64,000 bases of DNA from a virus (IMGVR_UViG_3300050821_002507); one strand, 5' to 3'. Counted from the first letter of the stretch, positions 51,183-61,982 are shown. Numbers and translations: made by a program. Notes: a model not told the origin generated them from the sequence alone.

Positions 51183-54031
51183 TACGGTTGCCCCTTAGGA
51201 ACCCATGTCGTTCCATTCCAAACGCCGATACCTTGTTTGAATTGCTTCTTTTCTCCGATTTTAGGCGCTGGCGCTCCCGTCGTTGCTGGCGTAGTAGCGG
51301 CGCCAGACGCAGGCCGTCCAGTTATCCTGCTTTCAATGTCTCTCCGCACCGCATCAGGCGCAAGTTGCGCGGCGTGCATTTCCTTGCCCATCTGGTCAAG
51401 AACAGCCTGATATGCTTCTGGACTAGTAGCGGTTGAAAGCAACCGTTCGGCACTAATCCGCGAATGGTCTGTAGTCACGTTAGCGCGGCTCATCGCCTGG
51501 GCGTATGCAGTTATAACAGCTTGGTTGGCCGTCACAAATCTAGCGAGGGCCGGTGAACTTGTCCCAGCCTGCACCATCTGCACGGCCTTGTTCCATGGCA
51601 CGAATTCTGTTCTCGGGAGCGCCGCAGAAGCATCAAGCGCAAGCGGGAAGGTGTTCTGCGCTTCTCGAACAGACATATCAACATTGGCGCCACGCACGGC
51701 GGCAGTGCGGGCACCTGCCGTTTGCGCCGTAAAGTTAACCCTCGCCGCCGCCAAATCTTCTCCAGTTGCACCACTATCCTTTAGCGTCCTCTCAATTTCA
51801 TTCCATAATCTGGCCCGGTTAACTCCTGCCGTCTTTCCAAACCCCAGATTCTGCATGACGGCTGTATTGCCGCTCTTGACGTAGCTAACCGCCATGTCAT
51901 GGATGGCCGCAGGATCGATTAGACCAGACATCGACCCAGAGTTTGGGTCGTTTGGATCCGGAGCCGCAGCAGGCGGAACCTCAACCGGCTTTAACGATCC
52001 GTCTGGCTGCCGGACGCCGTATGTCTGCATCGGCATAAGAGTTGTCGGATCAATATGCTGACCCATCGGTACGGGTTTTGCGGCCTCTTGCTGCTGATAC
52101 CAAGTGCCGCTCTTTTGTGCCTGCGTCTCAAGATTAAGTTTCTGTTGCGCCTGCTTCGCCGCCTGATCGAGCCGCGTGGACTCCAAATCAATGCGCTTGT
52201 TCTGCTGCGCGTACCCGGTCTTCTTCTCCGCTTCAGAGATGTTCTGTGCCTGCTCTGCGTTGTACTCCCTGAGGCCACCTAATCCACCTTCTCCGATCAT
52301 CGTTCCAAGAAACGGTGACCGACTTGCCATCATTCCCAAACCAGCCGCCATGAGAGCGCCACGAATGCCTGTATTTGGATGCTGGTAAGTCAGATCGTTT
52401 GTCTGCGGAGGTGGTGCAGCATTGCGGTCGCGGACATAATCCGGAGACTGGTCAGTGCCGTTAGCGGTAAACGACATTGCGTCGGGAGGAAGGGCCACGC
52501 CACGGGCGGTTGGAGCGGTATGAGTGGCGCTAGCAATGGCATTCAAACCGTTATCACCCAGCGCAATACCGCGAACAAGATCACGATTGTATGGGCTATC
52601 CGGGTCATCTACCGCAGAATTGTTTGACCGATCAGTTAATCCCGCTAGTGTCGCTTGCTGATGTTCGTCCCAATTTGGCGTCACACCGAGCGCAAGACCG
52701 CCACGGCCGCCGTTCACCACAAGATCGGAAGCATCAATATCGTCCGGGCTCCCGCCGTCCGCGTAGCCGTGGATACGTCCACCGGATGCCACGCCGCCGC
52801 CCACAAATCCAATGCCGGGGTCGGCAAAATTGCTAGACGAATCTATCGCCGCGTAAGGACCAAGCTCCTGACCAGCTTGGACCCATTGATTTCCAGAAGC
52901 GGTGCCGTTTGCGTTGTACCCATTATACATATTCTGAATGTCGCCGCCAAGATTAGAAAGATTAGAATATCCACCACCCCCGCCAAGACCGCCAGTGCCC
53001 TGGCTTCCGCCGCCTTGATTCCCTATCCCGGGAGGTGGCGGGGCGCCATGGCCATGCGTAATGCCAATGCTAGGAACCCAACCATGACCGCCTCCGTACG
53101 GAGTTGACCCAGCACCGTAGCCACCACCAAATTGCGGATATGAAACCCCACCACCTACGTCAAAATGAGCAATGCCTCTCGGCTCAATACGGCCGCCTCG
53201 GTTGGCGAATAGACTAGCGGCAGTTAGTCCGGCACCAGCAACCTGTCCCAACACATTAGGCCCAGGCGATGTCGTGGTGGATGTCCCACCAAGTTGGCTC
53301 CCCAAACCACTTGCAATTCCCGCATTCCACTGAAGCTGCTGATACGGAAACGCCTGTTGGTTTAAGAATTGCTGATAAGCCGCCTGATCTGCCGCACTCG
53401 CTACACCATACTGAAGATTCCCGGCGCCGACTTGGGCATTTGCCCCGGTCAGGGCAGCATTCTGCCCTGACACGCCAAGGTTGCCGAGCGAATATGCACC
53501 CTGCGCCTGCGCCTGTTGCTCCGCTAGAGCCGTGCCGACTCCCTGCTGATAGCCTTGGCTTCTCAGGCCGGCGAGAACTGGCGCCTGGGCAAGCTGCTGG
53601 TTGCGAACTGTTTCCGCCTCGGCAACGCCCTCACGGTTGCCGCCGAGAGCGTTCTGCGCAATCGCGTTGCCCTTGACACCCTGAAGCTGCTGGGCGTTCT
53701 GAGTGTTGAACAGGTCTTGGGTGGAATTGATAACGTCAGTTGTGAATGGATTCTGGTACTGCTGTATTTGTGCAGCGGTGAGAGGGGTGGATGCTTGGGT
53801 CGCAAGGCCAGCGGCTTGCTGAATATACGGCTGAGCGTAACTAGAGTTGGCGTTAATGTTTCCGATGCCAAGGTTCTGCTGCGCATTGACACCGGGGACA
53901 AGTTCGCCATCATACGGTGTATATGGAGTCTGCCCAACAGTATTTGCCCTGCCGAGCAAATCCATGTAGGCCCCTGACGCATACGGATTAGGAGCAGTCG
54001 TAGAAGTTGATGTTTGAGATTTGTTGCCCAA
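51182..54031 (-). CDS. Q/G/N-rich 949-aa virion protein (internal virion or tail-associated)
   Basis: Long low-complexity Gln/Gly/Asn tracts typical of podophage internal/ejection proteins. Confidence 0.5.
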   Translation of the reverse strand: MGNKSQTSTSTTAPNPYASGAYMDLLGRANTVGQTPYTPYDGELVPGVNAQQNLGIGNINANSSYAQPYIQQAAGLATQASTPLTAAQIQQYQNPFTTDVINSTQDLFNTQNAQQLQGVKGNAIAQNALGGNREGVAEAETVRNQQLAQAPVLAGLRSQGYQQGVGTALAEQQAQAQGAYSLGNLGVSGQNAALTGANAQVGAGNLQYGVASAADQAAYQQFLNQQAFPYQQLQWNAGIASGLGSQLGGTSTTTSPGPNVLGQVAGAGLTAASLFANRGGRIEPRGIAHFDVGGGVSYPQFGGGYGAGSTPYGGGHGWVPSIGITHGHGAPPPPGIGNQGGGSQGTGGLGGGGGYSNLSNLGGDIQNMYNGYNANGTASGNQWVQAGQELGPYAAIDSSSNFADPGIGFVGGGVASGGRIHGYADGGSPDDIDASDLVVNGGRGGLALGVTPNWDEHQQATLAGLTDRSNNSAVDDPDSPYNRDLVRGIALGDNGLNAIASATHTAPTARGVALPPDAMSFTANGTDQSPDYVRDRNAAPPPQTNDLTYQHPNTGIRGALMAAGLGMMASRSPFLGTMIGEGGLGGLREYNAEQAQNISEAEKKTGYAQQNKRIDLESTRLDQAAKQAQQKLNLETQAQKSGTWYQQQEAAKPVPMGQHIDPTTLMPMQTYGVRQPDGSLKPVEVPPAAAPDPNDPNSGSMSGLIDPAAIHDMAVSYVKSGNTAVMQNLGFGKTAGVNRARLWNEIERTLKDSGATGEDLAAARVNFTAQTAGARTAAVRGANVDMSVREAQNTFPLALDASAALPRTEFVPWNKAVQMVQAGTSSPALARFVTANQAVITAYAQAMSRANVTTDHSRISAERLLSTATSPEAYQAVLDQMGKEMHAAQLAPDAVRRDIESRITGRPASGAATTPATTGAPAPKIGEKKQFKQGIGVWNGTTWVPKGQP

Positions 54032-54811
54032 TTACGCCGCCCGTCCGTTCACTGTTTTGTCTTCTCCACTCCCTAACATCCAGAATTCGCGCTCTTTCTC
54101 GACACCACGTAGCACCTCGGCTGCCTCTCTCAGTAGAGGCAATAGTTGCTTCTGCACCACGTCTTTCGGTATCCGTTGGTTTGTATGCCCATCCGCAAAT
54201 GCACCGAGCCTCCGCCGCAAGTCGCCATGATCCTCTGGCGCTACGTCATCATCGAGGCGCGGCTTGAACTTCGCGTTGTGGACAAAGAACGCACCGGTTG
54301 GATTGCCGAGTCTACGGCGGTAGAGGCGAACCTTGCCTGCCAATGAAGACTCGGTTATGATCCCGGTAAAGAGAGGAATCTTCATCTTGTCGGAACACGC
54401 CTTGGCGAACTCGATCAGTGCCTCAGCATTCCGCGACTTGCGATATTCCGGGGCAACGAAGTTCCACAATTCCACAAGGTGCCAGTCGTCCGTGTAGTGC
54501 GTATCGCTTATCGAGAGACACGTTGACGCCTCAAGATGTCCCGGAGCACCAATAACGCCGACAATGTTGCCTTTAGCCTCGTAGCACTTGCGGATCGTGT
54601 CACGGACCTTGGATTCGTTGAGGCTAAACAGGCCGTTTTCAGCATGTAAGCGACGGCACATTTGTAGCACGTCGCCCTCGTCCTCTTTGGTCGCTATGCG
54701 AACCTCGGGTAGGTCTATCAATTCGGCTTCTCGGTTGATGGCGGGTTGAGCATTTGACCAATTTGTTCGTACAATTGTTGTAAGCATGGACCATCCATCC
54801 GGAGGCGGCAC
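54032..54811 (-). CDS. putative GNAT-like acetyltransferase-fold protein
   Basis: Weak resemblance only: IATKEDEGDVLQMCRRLHAENG...IVGVIG...WHLVELWNFVAPEYRKSRNAEALIEF. Confidence 0.3.
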   Translation of the reverse strand: MPPPDGWSMLTTIVRTNWSNAQPAINREAELIDLPEVRIATKEDEGDVLQMCRRLHAENGLFSLNESKVRDTIRKCYEAKGNIVGVIGAPGHLEASTCLSISDTHYTDDWHLVELWNFVAPEYRKSRNAEALIEFAKACSDKMKIPLFTGIITESSLAGKVRLYRRRLGNPTGAFFVHNAKFKPRLDDDVAPEDHGDLRRRLGAFADGHTNQRIPKDVVQKQLLPLLREAAEVLRGVEKEREFWMLGSGEDKTVNGRAA

Positions 54812-54966
54812 GATACGACAAGATCGGGATCGATGGCATCGCCTTTCACCGAGAACAGAGCCGTAGCGAACTGGATATTATGAACTCCGTTAAGGGTCCC
54901 GCTGCCGATTACAGCGTTGACGAAAACGGGAACGATTTTCATTGGATCGGTTATGCTATCAGACAT
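54718..54966 (-). CDS. hypothetical protein
   Basis: 82-aa ORF overlapping the N-terminus of the downstream ORF. Confidence 0.3.
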   Translation of the reverse strand: MSDSITDPMKIVPVFVNAVIGSGTLNGVHNIQFATALFSVKGDAIDPDLVVSCRLRMDGPCLQQLYEQIGQMLNPPSTEKPN

Positions 54967-54980
54967 TTGAGGCTCCGTGG

Positions 54981-55646
54981 TTATAGAAGGCGTCCGAGTA
55001 AGCGAGCGAAGTCGATTGGGTCTTGTGCCGCCTTATAAAGGTTGCATTTTTCACAGGTAAGTTGGATATTGCTCCGGTCATTAGTGCCACCTTTTGACAG
55101 GGCGATAATGTGATCTGCGTGATGATCTATTCCAAGTTTTTTACGACAATACGCACACCGACCTCCCTGAGCCTTGAAAATCTCCTTTATATCAGCGGCC
55201 GTAAACGATCCTGGGGCGGCAAGTTCGCGAGCGCGGCGCTTGTGTTTTGCAACCTTAGAATTACGCTTAACCCTTTCTGGATTATCTTTGGCCCACTGAA
55301 GAGTTCTGACTCTCGCTTTCGCATTTACCTCTTCGAGATTTTTAGCGCGATAATCTCGACTGCGTTGTTTTCCCGGCTCTGGATTTTTCGCATATTGTCT
55401 CTTAGTTTTGTTTCTGTATTTCTCTGGATTGGAGGCGTATCTATTGCGCTCACGCTCATTAACCCAATCTCTGTTGCGCTCCAGCCAAGCATCGCTTGAC
55501 GCTCTATGCTTAGATTCGTGGGTCTTAGACAAACGCCTGTGTGCGACGCAATATCCGTATAAATTCTCTGGCTTTATTTTTTTGCCGCACTCCTTACAGT
55601 GACTAGACCTTTCGGGCGCTTCTGTTGTAAGGTTCGAGTTAGCCAC
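54981..55646 (-). CDS. HNH endonuclease (basic N-terminal half)
   Basis: CAYCRKKLGIDHHADHIIALSKGGTNDRSNIQLTCEKCNLYK. Confidence 0.7.
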   Translation of the reverse strand: MANSNLTTEAPERSSHCKECGKKIKPENLYGYCVAHRRLSKTHESKHRASSDAWLERNRDWVNERERNRYASNPEKYRNKTKRQYAKNPEPGKQRSRDYRAKNLEEVNAKARVRTLQWAKDNPERVKRNSKVAKHKRRARELAAPGSFTAADIKEIFKAQGGRCAYCRKKLGIDHHADHIIALSKGGTNDRSNIQLTCEKCNLYKAAQDPIDFARLLGRLL

Positions 55647-55716
55647 TTGGGTACCCTCCTACTCACTTGGTTAGAGGCTTGCGAGCGCTGATACGCTCGT
55701 AAGCCTCGCTTTTGTA

Positions 55717-56634
55717 TCACCTTTTGGCCGGCGGAGGCAAGCCCTTAAGTGTAGAAATATGACGCTTGCGGGTGGCCAGAATCCATCGATCTATAGCGGC
55801 GTGCCCCAAATCAAGAAGCTTCTTTACTGGGACGTTCTTCATTCCCAGATCGGCCGCCATCTTTTGCCCCATCTTAAGCACCGATTCTGGGCCGACCAGG
55901 AACTCTCCCCCGGCCACATTGCAGGGCACTGGAGTTCCTATTTCGTGCCCCTCTCTGGCGCCACCTTCATCGGCACTGCCACCAAGACCGAATTTCGGCA
56001 AAGGAGGTGGCTTAGGAGCGCCGCCACTGCGTCCAATTCGCATGGTTGGGCCGCTACCATAAGGGCCTGAAGCCCCAAAGAGGCTATTTGCGACTGCAAA
56101 CCCGTGCAGAGTATTCCCCTGTCCAAGCGCTGAAATATGGTCAGCAGGGAGTACATGCGATGATGATGGCAGAGACGTACTGATATGATCTGTGCGACCG
56201 GCGACAGATGATAGAATCGGCCCCGGCCTCATCATATTGCGAACTTCCTGGCGCTGTTGCCAATTCGTATACGGCGACCCACCGAATGCATATCCGGCCA
56301 CACCACCGTCTGCTCTTGCCGGCCGTCCAGAAGTTACACCGATCTGCTTTTGCAATTTCATAATGTCAGACCCAGTCAATCCTTCAATTGGACGCCCAAC
56401 CTTGTCTGAATAGTCGTGAATGGCGTTCACTACAAAATCTTGCGTGCGCGGATCGGGAGTCGGCAGCGGCACATCAGCCACCCCACCATCCGCATGTCCA
56501 CGGCGCTGTGTTGCAAAAGCTATCGCGAGTGCCTGCTTCTGGCTCTGAACGTGCGGACTCTTCCCAACCTCTCCCATGAGCGTCGATACGTTTCGCTTAA
56601 AAGCGGCCGGACTCGAGGAATGTTCTAGTGGCAT
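55717..56634 (-). CDS. hypothetical Gly/Pro-rich structural protein
   Basis: 305-aa ORF. Confidence 0.45.
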   Translation of the reverse strand: MPLEHSSSPAAFKRNVSTLMGEVGKSPHVQSQKQALAIAFATQRRGHADGGVADVPLPTPDPRTQDFVVNAIHDYSDKVGRPIEGLTGSDIMKLQKQIGVTSGRPARADGGVAGYAFGGSPYTNWQQRQEVRNMMRPGPILSSVAGRTDHISTSLPSSSHVLPADHISALGQGNTLHGFAVANSLFGASGPYGSGPTMRIGRSGGAPKPPPLPKFGLGGSADEGGAREGHEIGTPVPCNVAGGEFLVGPESVLKMGQKMAADLGMKNVPVKKLLDLGHAAIDRWILATRKRHISTLKGLPPPAKR

Positions 56635-56641
56635 GTGTTGC

Positions 56642-57835
56642 TCATGTGATGTTGACGCATCCTGAAACTACCTTACCCGCACCAGAAACAACAATGGCAG
56701 TACTGGCCCAGCACCCAGTTACAGCCGTTGGGGAAGTTCCGGCCGAGAATGTAGTGCTTCCAACTTCGCAAGCGCTGAACATGCTGCCTTTTGCGCTGGT
56801 AATCACTATAGGATGGCTAAATACGCAACCTACAAACGTTGTGAAGGCGGTCAGAGTTCCGCCTCCATCATTAATGGTAACTGAATTTGGTGTTCCGGCC
56901 CCAGAATAAGACAAATCACACATGGTAAGATTATTTTCTTGCCCTTTACCGGCGACAACAGGAGTACTCTGAAAAAATAGAGCCACAGGGGATGCTAGTT
57001 CGTTATCTAGCTTGCATCGTAGATACCAATTAGCACCATGAGAAAATACGTTAAATGAGTTTCCAGTAGCTGTGACATTTTCAAATAAACAATCAGTGGC
57101 AAATATATTAATTGCTGCAACTCCGCCCAAAACAGAGCAATCTCTCATTGTCATTGCTACTGTGGTAGAGTCTATTTCTAGGACGTTAGAAGTTGGCGTT
57201 GCAAATGAATTATATAAAAATATATCTTGTGTTGTGCAGTTACCAGCCGTAACGCATGATAAAACTGTAGTGTCTATATTGCATTGTATCAAAGAACCTT
57301 GAGAAGCAACCCCCTGCAAGATAACTGTCCCGGTGAGATTAAGCGTTGTGTCTATTAAATATGTTTGACCTGGGAAAAATACTGTACCTCCGTTTATGCC
57401 TCCTATGTAATTAATTGCCCCCTGAATCGCCGCGTGGCACTCTCCAGAGCAATCTCCGAACATCTGCGGAGTAACTGTTGTTAGAGCGAGCCCCCACCAC
57501 TGACCGTCAGCGGACTGGAATCCACCAGCCGAAGCACCCCCAACTTTCTTGTAGAGTGCCGCGCCATAATCTCCGACTGCCGCACGTCCGGCGGTCATAA
57601 CAAAACTAACAGTCGAGGCTATCGTTGCCGCCGCCGCTGCTGTCTGTGTGGAGAATATCCCCTGTAGTGGTATGCCGCTATCTTTTAGAAGCTTTCCGGT
57701 ATTATCGGCAAATGTCGGTATATCTCCAGCCACAGAAGACCCTGGCCCGAAGACATCGCCCTTTACTGGAATCAATCCGAACTGGTTTATAACCTTGGCG
57801 ATCCAGTATGGATTCGGTCGTCCAGTCTGCATCAT
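56642..57835 (-). CDS. tailspike/tail fibre protein with a pectate-lyase (right-handed beta-helix) fold
   Basis: QWWGLA...QMFGDCSGECHAAIQGAINY matches the Pectate_lyase_3 N-terminal signature. Cys/Thr/Asn-rich repeats. Confidence 0.6.
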   Translation of the reverse strand: MMQTGRPNPYWIAKVINQFGLIPVKGDVFGPGSSVAGDIPTFADNTGKLLKDSGIPLQGIFSTQTAAAAATIASTVSFVMTAGRAAVGDYGAALYKKVGGASAGGFQSADGQWWGLALTTVTPQMFGDCSGECHAAIQGAINYIGGINGGTVFFPGQTYLIDTTLNLTGTVILQGVASQGSLIQCNIDTTVLSCVTAGNCTTQDIFLYNSFATPTSNVLEIDSTTVAMTMRDCSVLGGVAAINIFATDCLFENVTATGNSFNVFSHGANWYLRCKLDNELASPVALFFQSTPVVAGKGQENNLTMCDLSYSGAGTPNSVTINDGGGTLTAFTTFVGCVFSHPIVITSAKGSMFSACEVGSTTFSAGTSPTAVTGCWASTAIVVSGAGKVVSGCVNIT

Positions 57836-58272
57836 TGTGTGGACGTAATAATCGTGAGTGGATTATTCGCTCCAGACTGGGCTATGCCATTCCATGCCAC
57901 AGAAACTGCACCAGTCAACGTCAAGTAATCTCCAGGCAATATAAGAAAGGACCCGCCTCTAGTGGAGAATGATGCAACGGTCGGACTCTGGCAGATCAGA
58001 AGTTCGACCGTATTGCTTGGATTGTGGAAGACTATGTAAGTTCTTGCCGAGTCTGCGGCTATGACCTGTATCGATGATGTTGTGAGATTATTGACTGCCG
58101 TAACGGTTCCTATAGTAAACGACCCGTCACGCTGGCCAACGGCCACCCACGAACTAAGTTGTTGTACGACCCCCCTTAGCTGAGTAACAACGTCTTGAGC
58201 ACCAGCACCAGGAGGGTTGCTGTACTGGTTTGCTGGAGTGCTTCCAGGAATGGCGTTGGTTGAGTCGGTCAT
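57832..58272 (-). CDS. tail-associated hypothetical protein
   Basis: 146-aa Thr/Ser-rich ORF within the tail gene block. Confidence 0.4.
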   Translation of the reverse strand: MTDSTNAIPGSTPANQYSNPPGAGAQDVVTQLRGVVQQLSSWVAVGQRDGSFTIGTVTAVNNLTTSSIQVIAADSARTYIVFHNPSNTVELLICQSPTVASFSTRGGSFLILPGDYLTLTGAVSVAWNGIAQSGANNPLTIITSTQ

Positions 58273-60320
58273 CGCCTACCACACGGTGCAAACCGAAATT
58301 TGATAGAGCCGAGTCGGTAAAAACTTCCGATATCATTCGTTGAAATAGTCACGCTCATGAATCTTGCACGGAATCTCAGGGGTATAAATTCTGTCGCAGA
58401 ATTCACCGTGTATGGACCATATGTTATGACCGCGTCTCCTTGATAGTTTGTGACGTTGAAAGATATCTGAATTTGCGCATTTTGAGAGCCAGCAAAGGTT
58501 CCGTATTTGAAATCAGGTATAGCCTGATCTACAAATGAGAAGTCTTCGCCTTCTTGGAGATAGAAGAATCCAGTCGTAAAACTCGAAACCAGCGGCTGAC
58601 CATCCGCGTCAGGCGTCGTCTCCTGGAGGTAGATTACCCCCGCTGGAGACGCCGCAATCGGCATTCCCAGAGCGGACTGGTCGATCCAGGCGGACCTTGC
58701 GAGAGGTCCGTAGTCCCACGGAGCCCCAGGCTCGCTGATGTTGAGCTTCACGTATGAGTCGCATTCACCGCTCACGCTCGCCGCACTGGGATATTCCCAG
58801 CCGGCCTCGTTAAACGGCGTATTCGGCATTGCGCGGATATTCTGGAGGAAATTCGTGTTCAGATTCTGGAAAACTACATCCCAGACCGGACACGGAATGA
58901 CCGAAACTCCATTACCGTTGTAAACATAGAAATTTGTGGTCCCCATCCAAAACACACTGCCGCGAAGCTGCTGCGCCGCGTGTGCTGAAACAAGACCGGC
59001 GCCAGCACCGATTTTCGTAAACCCATACACATTTGGAAGACCAACGTAGTTCATCGCCCACAAATCTAAGTCTGTCCATATCAAATTCACATTCGAGACT
59101 GCCGTCCCTCCCATGATCTGTGATCCAATCGGGATCGTGAAGTTACCGGCTTGAGTCTCAGAGGTTGCGGCCCACTGGAAGAAATTTGATACATCAGACC
59201 ACTGCACAAGCATCGGCTGCTTCTGGTATCCAATGCCCTGATGAATAGACGACCCCCAAGCTATAAGTATTTGTTGCGACATTGAAACGAAAATGCCGTT
59301 ATTAAATATAGGACCAGTGCTTATAATAGTGGAGTTCTGGACTCCTCCTGTTGGGCCCCAATAATAAATACCACCTCCGCGTGGACAAGATAAGAGGATT
59401 TCACCCCAATTGTCCTGCGTCCAGTCTGTTGCAGTAATCGGTGTTCCGGTTTGGCTGGTTGGAGTAATTCCAGTTCCATAACCACCAGTACCGTATGTCC
59501 CGAGACCATATCCGGCCCCAACAGGAGGCGGAGCAAGACTAATGTAATACAGCAATTCAATTGTACCAAAATTCATTTGGTGCGTATTCGTAGCGGTCGC
59601 CTGGGTAGCCGCAGAAATAGTGAAGAAAGCAGACGGTATCGTTGGGTCTATGCTGACGACAGTATATGCCCCTAGAATCGTAATTCCGTTAAATGTAGTC
59701 GCAACGTCAAAAACAACGATGCTTCCAACGGATTGACCGTGGTTCTGGAATGCAACAGATACTACAGAACTTCCACTGGTAAATGTGAATATCGGCAGTG
59801 CAGATGTTGTAGTGGTAGATGTTGCGTTTTTAGGTGCCGTTATCTGATATGAATTAATACCTGTGACTGTTGTAATCTGATAGAGACCATCAAGGATTAA
59901 GCCACCAACAGATATTGGTGTATTAAAGAACACAGAGTCTGCGACGGTGACATTTGAAATATTATTATCAGTTATACTGACAACTGGACTGTTGATTGTG
60001 GTTGAGAAATTCGTCCCGCCTGATGCGAAATCAGAGGTAAATATCTGCGGAGTGATGCTGTGTATCAGATTGCTTGTTATGACAACAAGTGAGGTAGTAG
60101 TCCCAATCGAGAGATGACCTAGAGAATTCAAATCCTCCCAGGCATGAAGGTCTCTCGGGACGCCTCCCACTGGAAACTGGTAGTATTTTTTGTACCCCCC
60201 GTATTTCTGGACCAGACCGTCTCGAAACCGGATCAGAGAGCTACTTGAGTACCCCGCTCGCAAAAGTGTCGGAGTTCGCTCAGCGTTTACTCCCGGAGTA
60301 AGCGTAACGCTACCGAACAT
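58269..60320 (-). CDS. large tail protein
   Basis: 683 aa, Thr/Ser/Gly-rich beta-type composition typical of tail/host-recognition proteins. Confidence 0.5.
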   Translation of the reverse strand: MFGSVTLTPGVNAERTPTLLRAGYSSSSLIRFRDGLVQKYGGYKKYYQFPVGGVPRDLHAWEDLNSLGHLSIGTTTSLVVITSNLIHSITPQIFTSDFASGGTNFSTTINSPVVSITDNNISNVTVADSVFFNTPISVGGLILDGLYQITTVTGINSYQITAPKNATSTTTTSALPIFTFTSGSSVVSVAFQNHGQSVGSIVVFDVATTFNGITILGAYTVVSIDPTIPSAFFTISAATQATATNTHQMNFGTIELLYYISLAPPPVGAGYGLGTYGTGGYGTGITPTSQTGTPITATDWTQDNWGEILLSCPRGGGIYYWGPTGGVQNSTIISTGPIFNNGIFVSMSQQILIAWGSSIHQGIGYQKQPMLVQWSDVSNFFQWAATSETQAGNFTIPIGSQIMGGTAVSNVNLIWTDLDLWAMNYVGLPNVYGFTKIGAGAGLVSAHAAQQLRGSVFWMGTTNFYVYNGNGVSVIPCPVWDVVFQNLNTNFLQNIRAMPNTPFNEAGWEYPSAASVSGECDSYVKLNISEPGAPWDYGPLARSAWIDQSALGMPIAASPAGVIYLQETTPDADGQPLVSSFTTGFFYLQEGEDFSFVDQAIPDFKYGTFAGSQNAQIQISFNVTNYQGDAVITYGPYTVNSATEFIPLRFRARFMSVTISTNDIGSFYRLGSIKFRFAPCGRR

Positions 60321-61288
60321 TAGGCGGCCCTGATTAGCGTAAGACCACCAATATACCCAGGAGGAACAGTCGGGACTACAGATGGGGATGCATTGCCAAC
60401 TTGATGTGTATGCTGGGCACTTTCAGTTCCTGTTATAGATGTTAATCCAACCGGAAGTCCTGGCGATCCAAATTGGAGAGTCGTGCTTGTGCTCGTGGCA
60501 CTGTGCAAAAAACTGTCATTTGTACCAGGAACGTGCGTATGTGTTGCACTTTCTACGCCAGTAGATTGAAGTGGCATCTGACTGGCTGTAAGCGTTGTGG
60601 TTTCCGCCGATCCGGCAGAAAAAATAGTATTCCCGTTGATGATATTAACGAGACGAGCAGTTCCTTGATTCAATGTTGCCCTAAATCTACCCCTAGCATC
60701 CGGTAGAGTTGTTCCGCCAAGCAACGCAGCGAGAGCCGGATAGGTCACGCCTGAAAACGCAGACCCGTCACAATTCAGATATGGGGGGACCGACTGATTT
60801 GCGATCCACGATGGAACCGTAGATGTTGCAAGGTCCATATATGAGCCAACGTGATCCAGGTTGACGTATTTAATATCCGTACCGTCGCAATAAGCATGGA
60901 ATATTTCTCCAGGAGGCGCATTGACGTATTTACCAGCACTTATGGACTGTATTGCGATAAAGGCTGACCCAGAAGTCGTGCATTGGTTATCGAATATCCA
61001 AAAACCTGGACGCGGGAGGAATACCGTGCAGTTACCACTCAATGAGCCAGTGAGTTTGATGACGGCGCTCTGAGATGCGTATGGTCCGGCCCAAGATGAT
61101 CCTGAATTTGGTGGCGTGGTTAACGTAACAGACGATCCACCAAGGCCGGTGAGACTGATGGTAAATACATTCCCAGCAAGGCTGTCATTAGCTAGGAAAT
61201 TAGCATTTAGGACTACGCCCCACGTTCCAGAATTTGAACCAGTGGTTTGGTCGTAAAAACCGACTGTAGGTGACTGTGGATCGGCCAT
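60320..61288 (-). CDS. tail fibre protein
   Basis: 322 aa, Gly/Ser/Thr-rich. Confidence 0.45.
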   Translation of the reverse strand: MADPQSPTVGFYDQTTGSNSGTWGVVLNANFLANDSLAGNVFTISLTGLGGSSVTLTTPPNSGSSWAGPYASQSAVIKLTGSLSGNCTVFLPRPGFWIFDNQCTTSGSAFIAIQSISAGKYVNAPPGEIFHAYCDGTDIKYVNLDHVGSYMDLATSTVPSWIANQSVPPYLNCDGSAFSGVTYPALAALLGGTTLPDARGRFRATLNQGTARLVNIINGNTIFSAGSAETTTLTASQMPLQSTGVESATHTHVPGTNDSFLHSATSTSTTLQFGSPGLPVGLTSITGTESAQHTHQVGNASPSVVPTVPPGYIGGLTLIRAA

Positions 61289-61295
61289 TTACTTT

Positions 61296-61982
61296 TTACG
61301 TCCTTGGTGGTGTGCTTATTGACGATGGATTTTTGCTAGTCCAGCCTTGCGCTGCATACTTCTTTCTATTTTCTTCAGTATTTGCCGAGGTGAACTCTCT
61401 CTGATAATGCGACTCCCATGAGGCTGGCATTTGTGGATCGTCGGTGGCAGCGCCAAAGTTCTTCATAAAGCCGCTGGCGAATACCATTGATGCGCTAATG
61501 AAAAGATCGACAAGATATAGCGAAATATATGTAGTGGAATTACTAGCGCTTAGAGGTGCCGGTCTTATTGTCCCAGTCACCTCGACTTTATACGCAGCAT
61601 CTGGAAATGGAGCTACCAGTATTTGCTGATCGGTAAGCATTGCGTAGTATTGCGGCAGTGCTGGTGTTCCACCCCCCCAAACTGCATCCATCCATTCCTG
61701 CGAGACCGGCACAAGCTGATTTGCCGTCGTATTCGTTCCGGCCGGCGTATACACACTTATGCTTGAGGTTACGACAAAATGCTGCGGAAGAACAAACAGC
61801 CGACTATTCGGAGTTAGAACTCCTGTTTCATCTCTTGTAACTGTAGTCAGGAGGTCTAATTCTCTGTATATTCTCTGCTCCGCATCGTTGATGATGGACG
61901 GCAGAATCTGCACAAAGTTCACGTCTGTCGTTGTCGTCGGTATCAAGTTCGCTATCGTGGCAACATAATCTGTGTAGTTCAT
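61296..61982 (-). CDS. hypothetical structural protein
   Basis: 228-aa ORF. Confidence 0.45.
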   Translation of the reverse strand: MNYTDYVATIANLIPTTTTDVNFVQILPSIINDAEQRIYRELDLLTTVTRDETGVLTPNSRLFVLPQHFVVTSSISVYTPAGTNTTANQLVPVSQEWMDAVWGGGTPALPQYYAMLTDQQILVAPFPDAAYKVEVTGTIRPAPLSASNSTTYISLYLVDLFISASMVFASGFMKNFGAATDDPQMPASWESHYQREFTSANTEENRKKYAAQGWTSKNPSSISTPPRT

